52,374 nucleotides of DNA from IMG/VR virus record IMGVR_UViG_3300028364_000046, positions 1 through 52,374 of that record. One strand, 5' to 3'. Shown here piece by piece: positions 44,156 to 52,374 of the stretch. The DNA is from a virus (Duplodnaviria > Caudoviricetes). The notes under the pieces are model-generated. The model saw only the letters and a program-made list of their open reading frames with translations, was not told the origin of the DNA and did not search any database. The first letter of the stretch is position 1. Every line of letters begins with the position of its first letter. A program made the position numbers and the translations under genes.

Positions 44156-45796
44156 ATGACTCAACAAACTCTTAACTTAGGTACTTCCCCTAACGACGGT
44201 ACAGGAGACTCTTTAAGAGTTGGTGGGGCAAAAATTAACGAAAACTTCACGGAGCTTTATGAGCTGTCTGAAGACAACTTTGATGGCACCTACGGCAGTC
44301 TCACTGGCACCCCTACAAGCTTTCCACCAGAGGCTCACAACCAGGCCGCAAGCACTATAACCGGATTGGCCTCCGTAGCCACCACAGGACAATATAGTGC
44401 ACTACTAGGCATACCACTTGCATTCCCACCAGCCTCCCACAACCAAGCCTGGAGCACAATCACGGGCACTCCGACGTCGCTTGCAGGGTATGGCATCCAA
44501 GACACTGTAAGCACCTTTGATGGCGCTTACGGAAGCCTCACAGACACACCTACAGAATTTACACCTGCTGCTCACAACCAAGCCTGGAGCACAATCACAG
44601 GTACACCTACGTCGCTTGCAGGCTATGGCATTCTGGATGGTGGCGGAAGTGATTTTAATGGCGCTTACGGCAGTCTTACTGGAGTGCCAACAAGCTTTAC
44701 ACCGGCTGCTCATGACCAACCTTGGAGTACAATTACTGGCACACCTACCTCACTTTCTGGGTATGGCATCCAAGACACGATAAGTGACTTTGATGGCGCT
44801 TACGGTAGTCTTACTGGAGTGCCAACAAGCTTCACGCCGGCTGCTCATGACCAACCTTGGAGCACAATCACAGGTACGCCAACGTCACTTGCTGGGTATG
44901 GCATCCAAGACACTATTAGCAACTTTGATGGTGCTTACGGCAGTCTTACAGGCACACCTACAGCATTCACACCGGCTGCTCACGACCAAGCCTGGAGTAC
45001 TATTACAGACACTCCGACGTCGCTTGCTGGCTACGGTATCCAAGACACGATAAGCACCTTTGATGGCGCCTATGGTAGTCTTACAGGCACACCTACAGCA
45101 TTCACGCCGGCAGCTCATGATCAAGCCTGGAGTACAATTACTGGCACGCCTACTTCTTTAGCTGGGTACGGTATCCAAGACACGATAAGCACCTTTGATG
45201 GCGCCTACGGTAATCTTACTGGTGTCCCAACAAGCTTCACGCCGGCCACTCATAACCAAGCCTGGAGTACAATTACGGGCACGCCTACTTCACTTGCTGG
45301 GTATGGAATTCTGGATGCTTCTTCAGCAGCTCCCGTCCGGTCTGTGTCTGGTAAAACAGGTGCCGTACAGCTTAACAGCCAAGATGTGGGGTTAGGCTCG
45401 GTAAACAATACGTCAGACTTCTCAAAGCCCGTTTCACAAGCCACTCAATTGGCATTAAATAGCAAAGTTGGAGCCTACACCGAGAGCCAAGAAGTCACAT
45501 ACGTAAACAACACTACTATTTCAATAGCCCACCAATTAGGTTCTGTTCCTAAGGACTGGCACATAGTTATTAGGTGCAAGACTGCTGAACACGGATACCA
45601 GCCAGGTGATGAAATTTTGCCTTTCATAGGTGGTAAAAACCCACAAGTTACAATTTTTGGGTGCTATCCTTTTGTTACTGATCAGAACGTGGGTCTTATT
45701 ACTACTCAGTCTATACCTATTTTAAGTATCCCAGCACGTACGTTTTTTAACATAACACTTGATAGCTGGAGAATTGTTGCAAGATGGAGAAGTTAA
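44156..45796 (+). CDS. Tail/collar fibre protein with ~45-aa repeats
   Basis: N-terminal NDGTGDSLR.GG.KINENFTELY (T4 gp9/gp10-type start). Seven full repeats FDGAYGSLTG.PT.FTPAAH.Q.WSTITGTPTSLAGYGIQD plus one degenerate copy, then VRSVSGKTGAVQL. Confidence 0.85.
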   Translation: MTQQTLNLGTSPNDGTGDSLRVGGAKINENFTELYELSEDNFDGTYGSLTGTPTSFPPEAHNQAASTITGLASVATTGQYSALLGIPLAFPPASHNQAWSTITGTPTSLAGYGIQDTVSTFDGAYGSLTDTPTEFTPAAHNQAWSTITGTPTSLAGYGILDGGGSDFNGAYGSLTGVPTSFTPAAHDQPWSTITGTPTSLSGYGIQDTISDFDGAYGSLTGVPTSFTPAAHDQPWSTITGTPTSLAGYGIQDTISNFDGAYGSLTGTPTAFTPAAHDQAWSTITDTPTSLAGYGIQDTISTFDGAYGSLTGTPTAFTPAAHDQAWSTITGTPTSLAGYGIQDTISTFDGAYGNLTGVPTSFTPATHNQAWSTITGTPTSLAGYGILDASSAAPVRSVSGKTGAVQLNSQDVGLGSVNNTSDFSKPVSQATQLALNSKVGAYTESQEVTYVNNTTISIAHQLGSVPKDWHIVIRCKTAEHGYQPGDEILPFIGGKNPQVTIFGCYPFVTDQNVGLITTQSIPILSIPARTFFNITLDSWRIVARWRS

Positions 45797-46209
45797 TGGA
45801 AGTTTATTACAGTTTGAACAAAGTATTTTATTTGCAAGTGGGTGGTGAAATACCAGCAGGTGCAACAGTCTTTGAAACACTTGAAGATTTTGAGTTTGCA
45901 AAGGAGCTAGAGGTTGGCCAACCCCCAGACTGGGACGGCTTTACGTCTGCCTTATTATCTGATGACCGCCTCAATAAAGTACTTGGAGAAGCCTTTGTAA
46001 AAGCACCTGCTGTGGCCCTAGGTGTGACTGTAGCATTGGGACAAGTAGCTAAAGATGGCCCGAGCGCATTCAGCGTTGCTTTTCCGGCTCTTTGTCAGCT
46101 AGGTGGAGCAACTCAGAAGGACGTAGAAAGCTGGGCAACTATGGCATCAGACCACAACTTACCTAGGGACTTTGTGGCAGTAATTATGGACGTTATCCCA
46201 CCTAAGTAA
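45796..46209 (+). CDS. Putative fibre-associated/assembly protein
   Basis: TAATG translational coupling to the fibre gene. Confidence 0.55.
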   Translation: MEVYYSLNKVFYLQVGGEIPAGATVFETLEDFEFAKELEVGQPPDWDGFTSALLSDDRLNKVLGEAFVKAPAVALGVTVALGQVAKDGPSAFSVAFPALCQLGGATQKDVESWATMASDHNLPRDFVAVIMDVIPPK

Positions 46210-46213
46210 ACCC

Positions 46214-46630
46214 ATGACAAGTTTAGTGCAACTTAAGACCAACTTAGAAAGCTTCCTCAGGTCTACCTTAGGTGTGCAAGCATGGGACACTATCCAGTTC
46301 TCCATGATACCTACGGACGCTCCTAAGGGGTACTTTCAATTGTCTGAGATTACCTACGGCCAATCCACCCAGTCTCTTTGGCTAGTAGGCATAGGTATAG
46401 CCAGCCTCTCTTTAAGTGGTTTAGACAATCAGATTGCCACCATACTTGAGGCTATAGAGGCAAACTATTACTATCCTCAACCTTGCATAAATGGGCTAGG
46501 TGCCCTAAGCATACCAGGGTCCATTCAGATTGAGGTCCCAGACTCTTACGCAAACCAGTCAGGCATCTCTCAGACTACCGGCTTTAGAACTGCGGTAACC
46601 TTTCAGCTGTCTATAAGCTTTGCGCGATAA
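46214..46630 (+). CDS. Putative tail terminator protein
   Basis: Size and position before the gp10-like and tail tube genes. Confidence 0.45.
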   Translation: MTSLVQLKTNLESFLRSTLGVQAWDTIQFSMIPTDAPKGYFQLSEITYGQSTQSLWLVGIGIASLSLSGLDNQIATILEAIEANYYYPQPCINGLGALSIPGSIQIEVPDSYANQSGISQTTGFRTAVTFQLSISFAR

Positions 46631-46653
46631 CCCCTAAGTGAGCCCTAAGTAAG

Positions 46654-47160
46654 ATGGCAACCGTTAAGTTTTCAGGACAGGAACCAACAAACTTTTACAA
46701 CAAGTCCAAGGCTGAACTTGTAGCAATCGTAAACCAGGAGGCTGCCAACTTAGAAACGGCTCTTGTAGAGGCCACCCCAGGTGACCGAGGTGGGCTCAGG
46801 CAGGGTTGGGTATTTAAGCCAGCCACTGAAAGCAAACTTCAAGCAATTGTTGGGCAAAGTAAGGTTTACTTTTTGCCTCTTGAGTTGGGCCGCAAACCAG
46901 GTAAGGGAGTAAGTGCAAAAGGCCAGCAGGAATTGGCAAAATGGTCTATACGCAAAGGCATAACTGGAGACCCAAAAGAAGCCAAATCGTTCGCCTTTTT
47001 GGTTTCAAGGAAATACAAGCGTGAAGGTAAGACTGCACTTGGATTTGCGGGTTTGGCCACTGAGGGTGCTCAAGCAAGCTCCGTAAACTTAGATGAAATC
47101 AAGCCTGTAGGTGGGCCTATTCTAGAGGGATTTAAGAAGCTCACTGAGCGCCTTAAGTAA
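46654..47160 (+). CDS. HK97 gp10-like tail completion protein
   Basis: TPGDRGGLRQGW...VG....Y..PLELGRKPG. Confidence 0.7.
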   Translation: MATVKFSGQEPTNFYNKSKAELVAIVNQEAANLETALVEATPGDRGGLRQGWVFKPATESKLQAIVGQSKVYFLPLELGRKPGKGVSAKGQQELAKWSIRKGITGDPKEAKSFAFLVSRKYKREGKTALGFAGLATEGAQASSVNLDEIKPVGGPILEGFKKLTERLK

Positions 47161-47237
47161 ACTCGCCCAGGGCCACTTACACTAGCCTTAGGTAATGTTA
47201 TAAAATCACTAGGCAGGTCCACGAGGCCTGAAGAAAT

Positions 47238-47954
47238 ATGGGTCTCATTACAGGCTTTATTGAAGGGCTAATCAAGTACGACGCTGCCGGAGTATCTAAA
47301 GCACTGCCCTTCCAAGACAAAATTGAAGGCGCCAACTTCAAGTATATGAGCGAAAGCTTGCTTGTAGAAACGTTTGGCCAAGATGGCATGAAAGGCGCCT
47401 CTGAAGCGTGCCCTTACCGCCATGAGTGTAGCATTGAGTTCAACAGCAAGAACCTAGCGTGGTCTTTCCTCCAAGCTGCAACAAACACCATTGCACGCGC
47501 TTCGACAGTACCTAGCCAAATCACTTACTCCCAGGTGCTGACAGCTGACACAATTACCGCTGGTACATCTACTCTGACTGTTGATTGGACTCCGGTAGCT
47601 GGTACAGACATTATCGTGTCTGACATCAACGGCATTCAGTATGACGTCACTCTGGACTCCGGTTCTTTGGAAATTGAAGGTGTTACCGCAGGCCTGAAAG
47701 TTACCATCACTTACACTGAGGCGCCTAGTGGAAGCAACAACGAAATTGCTTTAGGTTCTGGTGCTAAGCTAGGTGAGATTGGCGTTTACGGTCGATTCAA
47801 CGGTTGTCCCGATACTTTGCTGGTTCAAGTTAATCGCGCAATCATTGACGCCAACCTGGAGTTTGCTGTAGGCACGGATGCCGCTTCTGCCACACTGGTA
47901 GCAAAAGCACTCAGAGACCCAGCAGGCAACTTTGCGACCATCAAGCGCCTGTAA
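47238..47954 (+). CDS. Major tail tube protein
   Basis: 238 aa, acidic and beta-rich; precedes the chaperone gene. Confidence 0.7.
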   Translation: MGLITGFIEGLIKYDAAGVSKALPFQDKIEGANFKYMSESLLVETFGQDGMKGASEACPYRHECSIEFNSKNLAWSFLQAATNTIARASTVPSQITYSQVLTADTITAGTSTLTVDWTPVAGTDIIVSDINGIQYDVTLDSGSLEIEGVTAGLKVTITYTEAPSGSNNEIALGSGAKLGEIGVYGRFNGCPDTLLVQVNRAIIDANLEFAVGTDAASATLVAKALRDPAGNFATIKRL

Positions 47955-48020
47955 ACCAATGCCTCCGGTTTACTAGTAGGTATCTTGTATGCCTATAGGT
48001 TTGCCGAGAGGTACCATAGC

Positions 48021-48102
48021 AGCCCTGTGACGGACATAAAAGCTTTCCAGTCAGTAGTACCCAGTAGTCTACTTGGCAAGCCTTTATGGACGTCGTGGGG
48101 CT
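48021..48102. repeat. Dispersed inverted-repeat element with a core 10 nt shorter
   Basis: gccctgtgacggacataaaagctttcc-N26-ggcaagcctttatggacgtcgtggggc. Confidence 0.7.
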
Positions 48103-48136
48103 GCCCACAATTAACCACCTACGCATACTTAAGCAC

Positions 48137-48739
48137 ATGTCCTCATTTCAAGTAAACAATGAAGAGTTGGGATTCAACGGAAAAGAATCTTTATTAGTAA
48201 TTAAGCCACCCACTGGAGATGCTGTTGTTGTTTCTGAGTTGGCATTGAACGACTTTGAGGTTTTTTACAAGAAGTGGTCTCTAGCCATGCAACTAGGTGG
48301 GAAAGACGATTTCTTAAATTCTTGGACATTCAACCAGCCATTTAGAAGCCTAATTACAGAATGCTTACAAACAGCCGGAGTCATGCAACCGGAGCTCTTG
48401 AGGCTGTCTCAGTTAGAGGCTTTGCTTCTGTCTTATGAGGGGAAAGAAGGGCTATTGTTCCAGTTGCATAACACATTCCCAAAGCTCCTAGCCCAAGAGC
48501 CTCTAAGCAAAACTTGGGTGATGAATTTAGCGACTGCCCTGAGCCTGATAACTTTGATGTTGCAAGAATCTTTGCATACTCTGAGTTGGACGGAGAAGCC
48601 ACTTGTTCAGCTTGGCCTCTTTCACGTGTCATGCGTATCCTGGCTATCAAGGCGTGGGCTTCTTTCCTCGGAGATGAAGATAGGGTTGAAGCCTCACTTG
48701 GAGAAAGATGGAAAGACAACGTTAAGAATACCCAACTAG
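48137..48739 (+). CDS. Tail assembly chaperone (gpG-like)
   Basis: Follows the tail tube gene; contains an in-phase slippery heptamer; ATG 48137 preferred. Confidence 0.7.
   Translation: MSSFQVNNEELGFNGKESLLVIKPPTGDAVVVSELALNDFEVFYKKWSLAMQLGGKDDFLNSWTFNQPFRSLITECLQTAGVMQPELLRLSQLEALLLSYEGKEGLLFQLHNTFPKLLAQEPLSKTWVMNLATALSLITLMLQESLHTLSWTEKPLVQLGLFHVSCVSWLSRRGLLSSEMKIGLKPHLEKDGKTTLRIPN
48478..48484 (+). other. -1 programmed frameshift site C CCA AAG
   Basis: X XXY YYZ in the correct phase; the -1 frame is open from 48481 to the stop at 48765. Confidence 0.75.
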
Positions 48740-48765
48740 ACCTGAATCTCTTGAACGTAGGATAG
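48481..48765 (+). CDS. gpT-like extension of the tail chaperone (frameshift product)
   Basis: The -1 frame includes the 83-aa ORF 48514-48765. Confidence 0.65.
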   Translation, partial: KAPSPRASKQNLGDEFSDCPEPDNFDVARIFAYSELDGEATCSAWPLSRVMRILAIKAWASFLGDEDRVEASLGERWKDNVKNTQLDLNLLNVG

Positions 48766-48766
48766 C

Positions 48767-48800
48767 AAAAAGCCCCAAAGATTTACTCTAAGGGGCTTAA
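48767..48800. terminator. Bidirectional terminator
   Basis: aaaagcccc...ggggctt between convergent genes. Confidence 0.6.
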
Positions 48801-48815
48801 TGCATAATTGGTCTC

Positions 48816-48956
48816 TTATTTTACTCGCTTAACGCACTCCTGGATTGCTTTGTCAGTTGTGTCGGTGCCGGAATTCAAAGTGGTTACTACAACAGGTGTT
48901 TTCTTGTATCCTCTAACTACGGATGCTGCTTCTTTGGCAAGTTGTTCTACAGACAT
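48816..48956 (-). CDS. 46-aa hypothetical protein (absent from the ORF track)
   Basis: Hand translation: MSVEQLAKEAASVVRGYKKTPVVVTTLNSGTDTTDKAIQECVKRVK*. GTATACT box and CAAACAAA leader upstream. Confidence 0.6.
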   Translation of the reverse strand: MSVEQLAKEAASVVRGYKKTPVVVTTLNSGTDTTDKAIQECVKRVK

Positions 48957-49005
48957 GTGATTGGTGCTCTTTGTTTGGTACTCTTAAAGTATACCCCGAA
49001 CAAAT

Positions 49006-49263
49006 TTATAGAGTAACCTGGGCCGGTAATGCTGGGAAAGAAACCACATTATTAAGCGTGCCCGATTTTTGCTTCAGGTCTTCTTGCTGTCTATCATCCC
49101 TCTCCTGAAGTCTCAAGACAAGGTTACCTAGGGCTGCTAGGTCCCTTGGGTGTATGCTTGAAGACTCTCCAGTTTCTGGGTCTATCACTTCCTCACTTAA
49201 GGCTTGGTAAACTTTAAGCTTAAGTGCCTCAAAGATGTCTGCTTGTTTTGTATTGGTAGGCAT
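49006..49263 (-). CDS. Hypothetical protein, possible terminase small subunit
   Basis: Helical 85 aa with a PRDLAAL..LVLRLQ motif; divergent from terL. Confidence 0.45.
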   Translation of the reverse strand: MPTNTKQADIFEALKLKVYQALSEEVIDPETGESSSIHPRDLAALGNLVLRLQERDDRQQEDLKQKSGTLNNVVSFPALPAQVTL

Positions 49264-49383
49264 CTTTCGCCCTTAGCCTTAGAATAGTACACCTAGAAGC
49301 AACCCTAAATAGGCCTAGGGTTGCTTTTGTATCCAGGGCCATATTTTGTTGGCTATTAGTCAGGCATACTCAGGAACGCATAA

Positions 49384-50862
49384 ATGAGATACGAATCCCT
49401 TATTGGCAACGGGTTTGAAAGGTGGTCCACTGGAGCATATTCACCTGGACAACTAGAGGCATTTTCTGACTTTGAAAATAGCTTCATCCTTTTGTCAGGT
49501 GCATACCGTTCAGGCAAGTCAGAAATTGGCTCCCGAATGGCTATCCGTCATGCTATGTTCTTCCCCAACAGTAAGGTAGGTATTTTTAGGGCGTACCTTG
49601 CAAGCCTACGTAAAAGCACCCTAATAACGATGCTTGAGCTAATCCACCCAAGCTGGGTAAAAAGCTGGTCAAACACTTACTTACAAATGGAGCTACTCAA
49701 CGGCTCAACAATATCGTTTATTGGCGCGGACAGTCCAGACCGCTTAGGTAGCATAGAATTGTCGTTTGCGATGATTGATGAGGCCTCTGAGCTTTCCCAA
49801 GAAAGCCTAGGTATGATTCAAGGCCGGCTATCAGGCAACCTAGTGCTACCTAGTAACTACAAGGAGTTGCCTGATAATATCAAAAGCTATGTGGAGAAGA
49901 CCATAGGTATACGTCAGGTGGTTCTTGCATGCAACCCTAAGAGCACGGGGCATTATCTTTACAAGCGTTTTGTAAGTGAACCCCAGCCAGGCCACGTGGT
50001 ATACAACTCAAACAGCGTAAGTAATCCAAACTTGCCTGAAGTTTATTTGGTAAACAACCTGTCTGCGTATGTTAGGCCTGGAGTAAGCCGTGAATGGGTT
50101 ATTGAGCAGGTGCGTAGAGTCAGAGCTGGAGAGGTGGACCCAAACGGCCTACATATGATGGACAGCTTGACACCCTTTGGCCAAAGAAATCTACTTGGCT
50201 TGTGGGTGGCTTTAGAGGGTGCTATTTACGCAATCGATAAGGATGCTCACGTAGTTTCCCAAGTGCCTGATTTTTGGGGTCCAAGCTTGGGCCATTTTGT
50301 AGGTGGTGACTTTGGTTTCCATAACCCACGCCTAGCTGTACTTAGCCACCACAGATTCTTGCAAGGAAACCAAGTTGTAAACGCTTACATAATAGTCGAC
50401 GGCTGGCACAAGAAAAACGCCACCGGAGATGACCTGGTGTTAGCGCTAGAAGTACTCAAGGAAAAGTGGTGCGCTAAGTATGCATACTTACCACATGACC
50501 AACCAGGCATCAAAAAGACAGCCAAGAAAACACTTGGAAGCAGCTTCATCAAGAACGCCAAAAACGCTGTAAACGCGGGAATAAACGTAACCAGCCGTTT
50601 CCTCAACCAAGGACGCTTACTCATACTTGATGGGTGCACAGACTTTGACCTGATTTGGGCAGAGTTTTCAGGCTATGCGTGGAAGTCAGCAAGCGACGGT
50701 GGCTTCAAAGATGAGCCCGTAAAAGCCGAAGACCACTACCCAGATGCTGTCCGGTACCTCTTGTATACCAGGCATTACAGGGACGAAGCCAAAGTGGTCA
50801 AAGGAGAAACTGAGGAGATTACCTACGATGTGCCCACAGTGTTTCCAGGTGGCTTATTTTGA
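49384..50862 (+). CDS. terL: Terminase large subunit
   Basis: Q motif, GAYRSGKS, IDEASE, ACNP, and nuclease motifs GDFG and DHYPDAVRY. Confidence 0.95.
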   Translation: MRYESLIGNGFERWSTGAYSPGQLEAFSDFENSFILLSGAYRSGKSEIGSRMAIRHAMFFPNSKVGIFRAYLASLRKSTLITMLELIHPSWVKSWSNTYLQMELLNGSTISFIGADSPDRLGSIELSFAMIDEASELSQESLGMIQGRLSGNLVLPSNYKELPDNIKSYVEKTIGIRQVVLACNPKSTGHYLYKRFVSEPQPGHVVYNSNSVSNPNLPEVYLVNNLSAYVRPGVSREWVIEQVRRVRAGEVDPNGLHMMDSLTPFGQRNLLGLWVALEGAIYAIDKDAHVVSQVPDFWGPSLGHFVGGDFGFHNPRLAVLSHHRFLQGNQVVNAYIIVDGWHKKNATGDDLVLALEVLKEKWCAKYAYLPHDQPGIKKTAKKTLGSSFIKNAKNAVNAGINVTSRFLNQGRLLILDGCTDFDLIWAEFSGYAWKSASDGGFKDEPVKAEDHYPDAVRYLLYTRHYRDEAKVVKGETEEITYDVPTVFPGGLF

Positions 50863-50927
50863 GCACCTAGATTAACCACCTAAAGGCTAGCGAGGTACAC
50901 TTATAAAGCAAACTTAAGGCAAGCTCT

Positions 50928-51047
50928 ATGACACTCTGGAATTACAAGGACCCTAGCAAAGACTCTGAGTTTACTAAGGAAGACGAGGAAACACTTAAAA
51001 AGATGTACAATAAGCCAAAGAAAGCACCTAAGAAGAAAAGCAAGTAG
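50928..51047 (+). CDS. 39-aa Lys-rich peptide (absent from the ORF track)
   Basis: Hand translation: MTLWNYKDPSKDSEFTKEDEETLKKMYNKPKKAPKKKSK*. Confidence 0.5.
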   Translation: MTLWNYKDPSKDSEFTKEDEETLKKMYNKPKKAPKKKSK

Positions 51048-51101
51048 GCAGCCTAGGCCACTTAAGGGTTACTTAAGGTTAACCTTAGGAGTGACTCTCA
51101 A

Positions 51102-52374
51102 GTGGCCAAAAGTATATACCAGATTCTTATTGACATTGAAGGCGACAAAGATGCCAAGTCAGCCATCGAAGGCCTAGGTAAGGCAGCTGGTTTAACGGGT
51201 GCAGCACTTACAGCCTTCTCTACAGGTGCCGCCAAGCTTGCCGCAGACTATGAAACAGCAATGGCAAACGTAGCAACAGTCTCTACTGAAGCTACTGGCA
51301 GCACTGAAGAATTTTCCGCAGCGCTCTATGAAGCCCAAAATCAACTAGGTGGCGCTCTTAATGTACAGGAAGCAGCGGTGGCTTCCTACGGTATTTTGTC
51401 TGCAGGCATTAAGGACCAAGATGCCGTAATCCAAGCGCTTACAAGTAGCCAGAAGGCTGCCATTGCTGGACAGTCAGACCTGACGTCAGTAACTAAAGCG
51501 GGTGTGGCTATTGTAAACTCCTATGGGGATGCACTTGGAGAGGGACTAACGGAAGCTGAAAAGTTTGATAAGGCCATCAACCTTATGATTCAAACGCAAC
51601 TAGATGGTGATCTTACTGGTGATGAATACGCAGCCAGTATTGGTAACGTTGCCGCTAACTTTAAGGCGGCTGGCGTTAGCATGGAACAAGTTAACGCAAT
51701 AATTGCAGTAACCACCGCTGGGGGTATTGCATCCGCTAGTTCATTTACAAGCTTAAGTCAGGCTATCTCTAACATTCAAAAGCCAACCTCAATGGCTATT
51801 GAAGAAGCCGAGCGCATGGGCATAAAGTTTGATGCCGTAACTTTGCAAACCCAGGGTCTTGATGGCATACTCCAACAAATGGTGGCCTCTGGAAAGATGC
51901 TCCCGGATACCCTTGCCAAGATGTTTGAAAGTACTGAAGCAAGGTCCTCAATTGCCGTACTGGTTGACAATCTAGATGGCCTTGAAGTTGCCTATCAAAA
52001 TCAGCTAGATGGGCTAGGTGCACTTGATAAAGCCTATACGCTAACTTCAGACACAGTGAATCAGCGCGTAACCAACTCAATGAACCTTTTGCAAGGTAGC
52101 CTGATAAAGATGGGCCAGGGTGTGATTATCACCTTTGAGCCGTTCATTGCAATGGTTTCGCAAGTTGCCGATTTGTTAACTAAAGCTAGCCCAGAAATGC
52201 TACAGTTTGCGGGTGCGTTAACGGCCGTAGTAGGTGTTACACTCACGCTAAACGGTGCTGTGCTAATTATGATTGCGCAGTACGGTAGTGTGGTAAAGAC
52301 TGTAACCACTCTTTCAGGTATTATTACAGGCACTCTTATTCCTGCTATGACAGCGCTGCTGGTGTCCACTAAGA
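51102..52374 (+). CDS. Tail tape measure protein, N-terminal part (TP901-like core), open at the window end
   Basis: GTG start 10 nt after AGGAG; reads ...AADYETAMANVATV...; in frame with ATG 52110 (= position 7). Confidence 0.85.
   Translation, partial: MAKSIYQILIDIEGDKDAKSAIEGLGKAAGLTGAALTAFSTGAAKLAADYETAMANVATVSTEATGSTEEFSAALYEAQNQLGGALNVQEAAVASYGILSAGIKDQDAVIQALTSSQKAAIAGQSDLTSVTKAGVAIVNSYGDALGEGLTEAEKFDKAINLMIQTQLDGDLTGDEYAASIGNVAANFKAAGVSMEQVNAIIAVTTAGGIASASSFTSLSQAISNIQKPTSMAIEEAERMGIKFDAVTLQTQGLDGILQQMVASGKMLPDTLAKMFESTEARSSIAVLVDNLDGLEVAYQNQLDGLGALDKAYTLTSDTVNQRVTNSMNLLQGSLIKMGQGVIITFEPFIAMVSQVADLLTKASPEMLQFAGALTAVVGVTLTLNGAVLIMIAQYGSVVKTVTTLSGIITGTLIPAMTALLVSTK
52104..52374. repeat. 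Terminal direct repeat (circular overlap), copy 2
   Basis: Matches 1-271. Confidence 0.95.

Noticed and set aside
5431-48102. Inverted-repeat elements as integron attC sites or CRISPR repeat-spacer units
   Set aside because: No tyrosine recombinase is present and there are no RYYYAAC/GTTRRRY ends. The arms are inverted rather than direct, and the copies are dispersed.
48440-48446. Lambda-type GGGAAAG slippery site
   Set aside because: It is read GGG AAA G in the chaperone frame, the wrong phase for tandem -1 slippage. CCCAAAG at 48478 is in phase.
52104-52374. Diversity-generating retroelement TR/VR pair with 1-271
   Set aside because: No reverse transcriptase; several differences do not involve adenine; the location at the contig ends fits a circular overlap.
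1-52374. tRNA genes, integrase, purZ or deazaguanine pathway genes, photosynthesis genes
   Set aside because: No supporting motifs were seen by eye; tRNAscan and HMM searches would be needed to exclude them formally.

Overview
The window is an essentially complete, circularly permuted ~52.1 kb lytic tailed-phage genome with siphovirus-type structural genes. Bases 1-271 recur at 52104-52374 with 9 substitutions, and the tape-measure gene runs across that join. A cyanobacterial host is inferred from a mitochondrial Pol-gamma-like DNA polymerase and a cyanophage-type class I RNR. Modules: tail (1-5.4 kb); a repeat-rich leftward early region of about 10 promoter+gene cassettes built from three paralogous families (5.9-14.1 kb); displaced tail-hub and holin-like genes (14.1-17.1 kb); nucleotide metabolism and replication (19-37 kb); head, tail and terminase (37-52 kb). 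I found no integrase, reverse transcriptase, tRNA, CRISPR array or recognisable endolysin. The top candidate for a new system is the ThyA homologue. It carries Asp at the E. coli Asn177 position and Met at His147, the pair of positions that converts ThyA into a dCMP methylase. It lies between a dCMP deaminase and DHFR, with a dNMP kinase and an all-alpha dNTP pyrophosphatase elsewhere in the genome. This suggests either a 5-methylcytosine-substituted genome or a dUMP-free route to thymidylate. Other highlights: about 14 dispersed inverted-repeat elements with a fixed ~36-nt variable core; GATC concentrated in a spaced motif near the early promoters although rare elsewhere; Z-DNA/G4-prone tracts upstream of promoters; a nested inverted repeat around an AT-rich gene; a possible split sigma factor; and a MuF-metallopeptidase fusion. 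All calls are by eye, and no searches were run.
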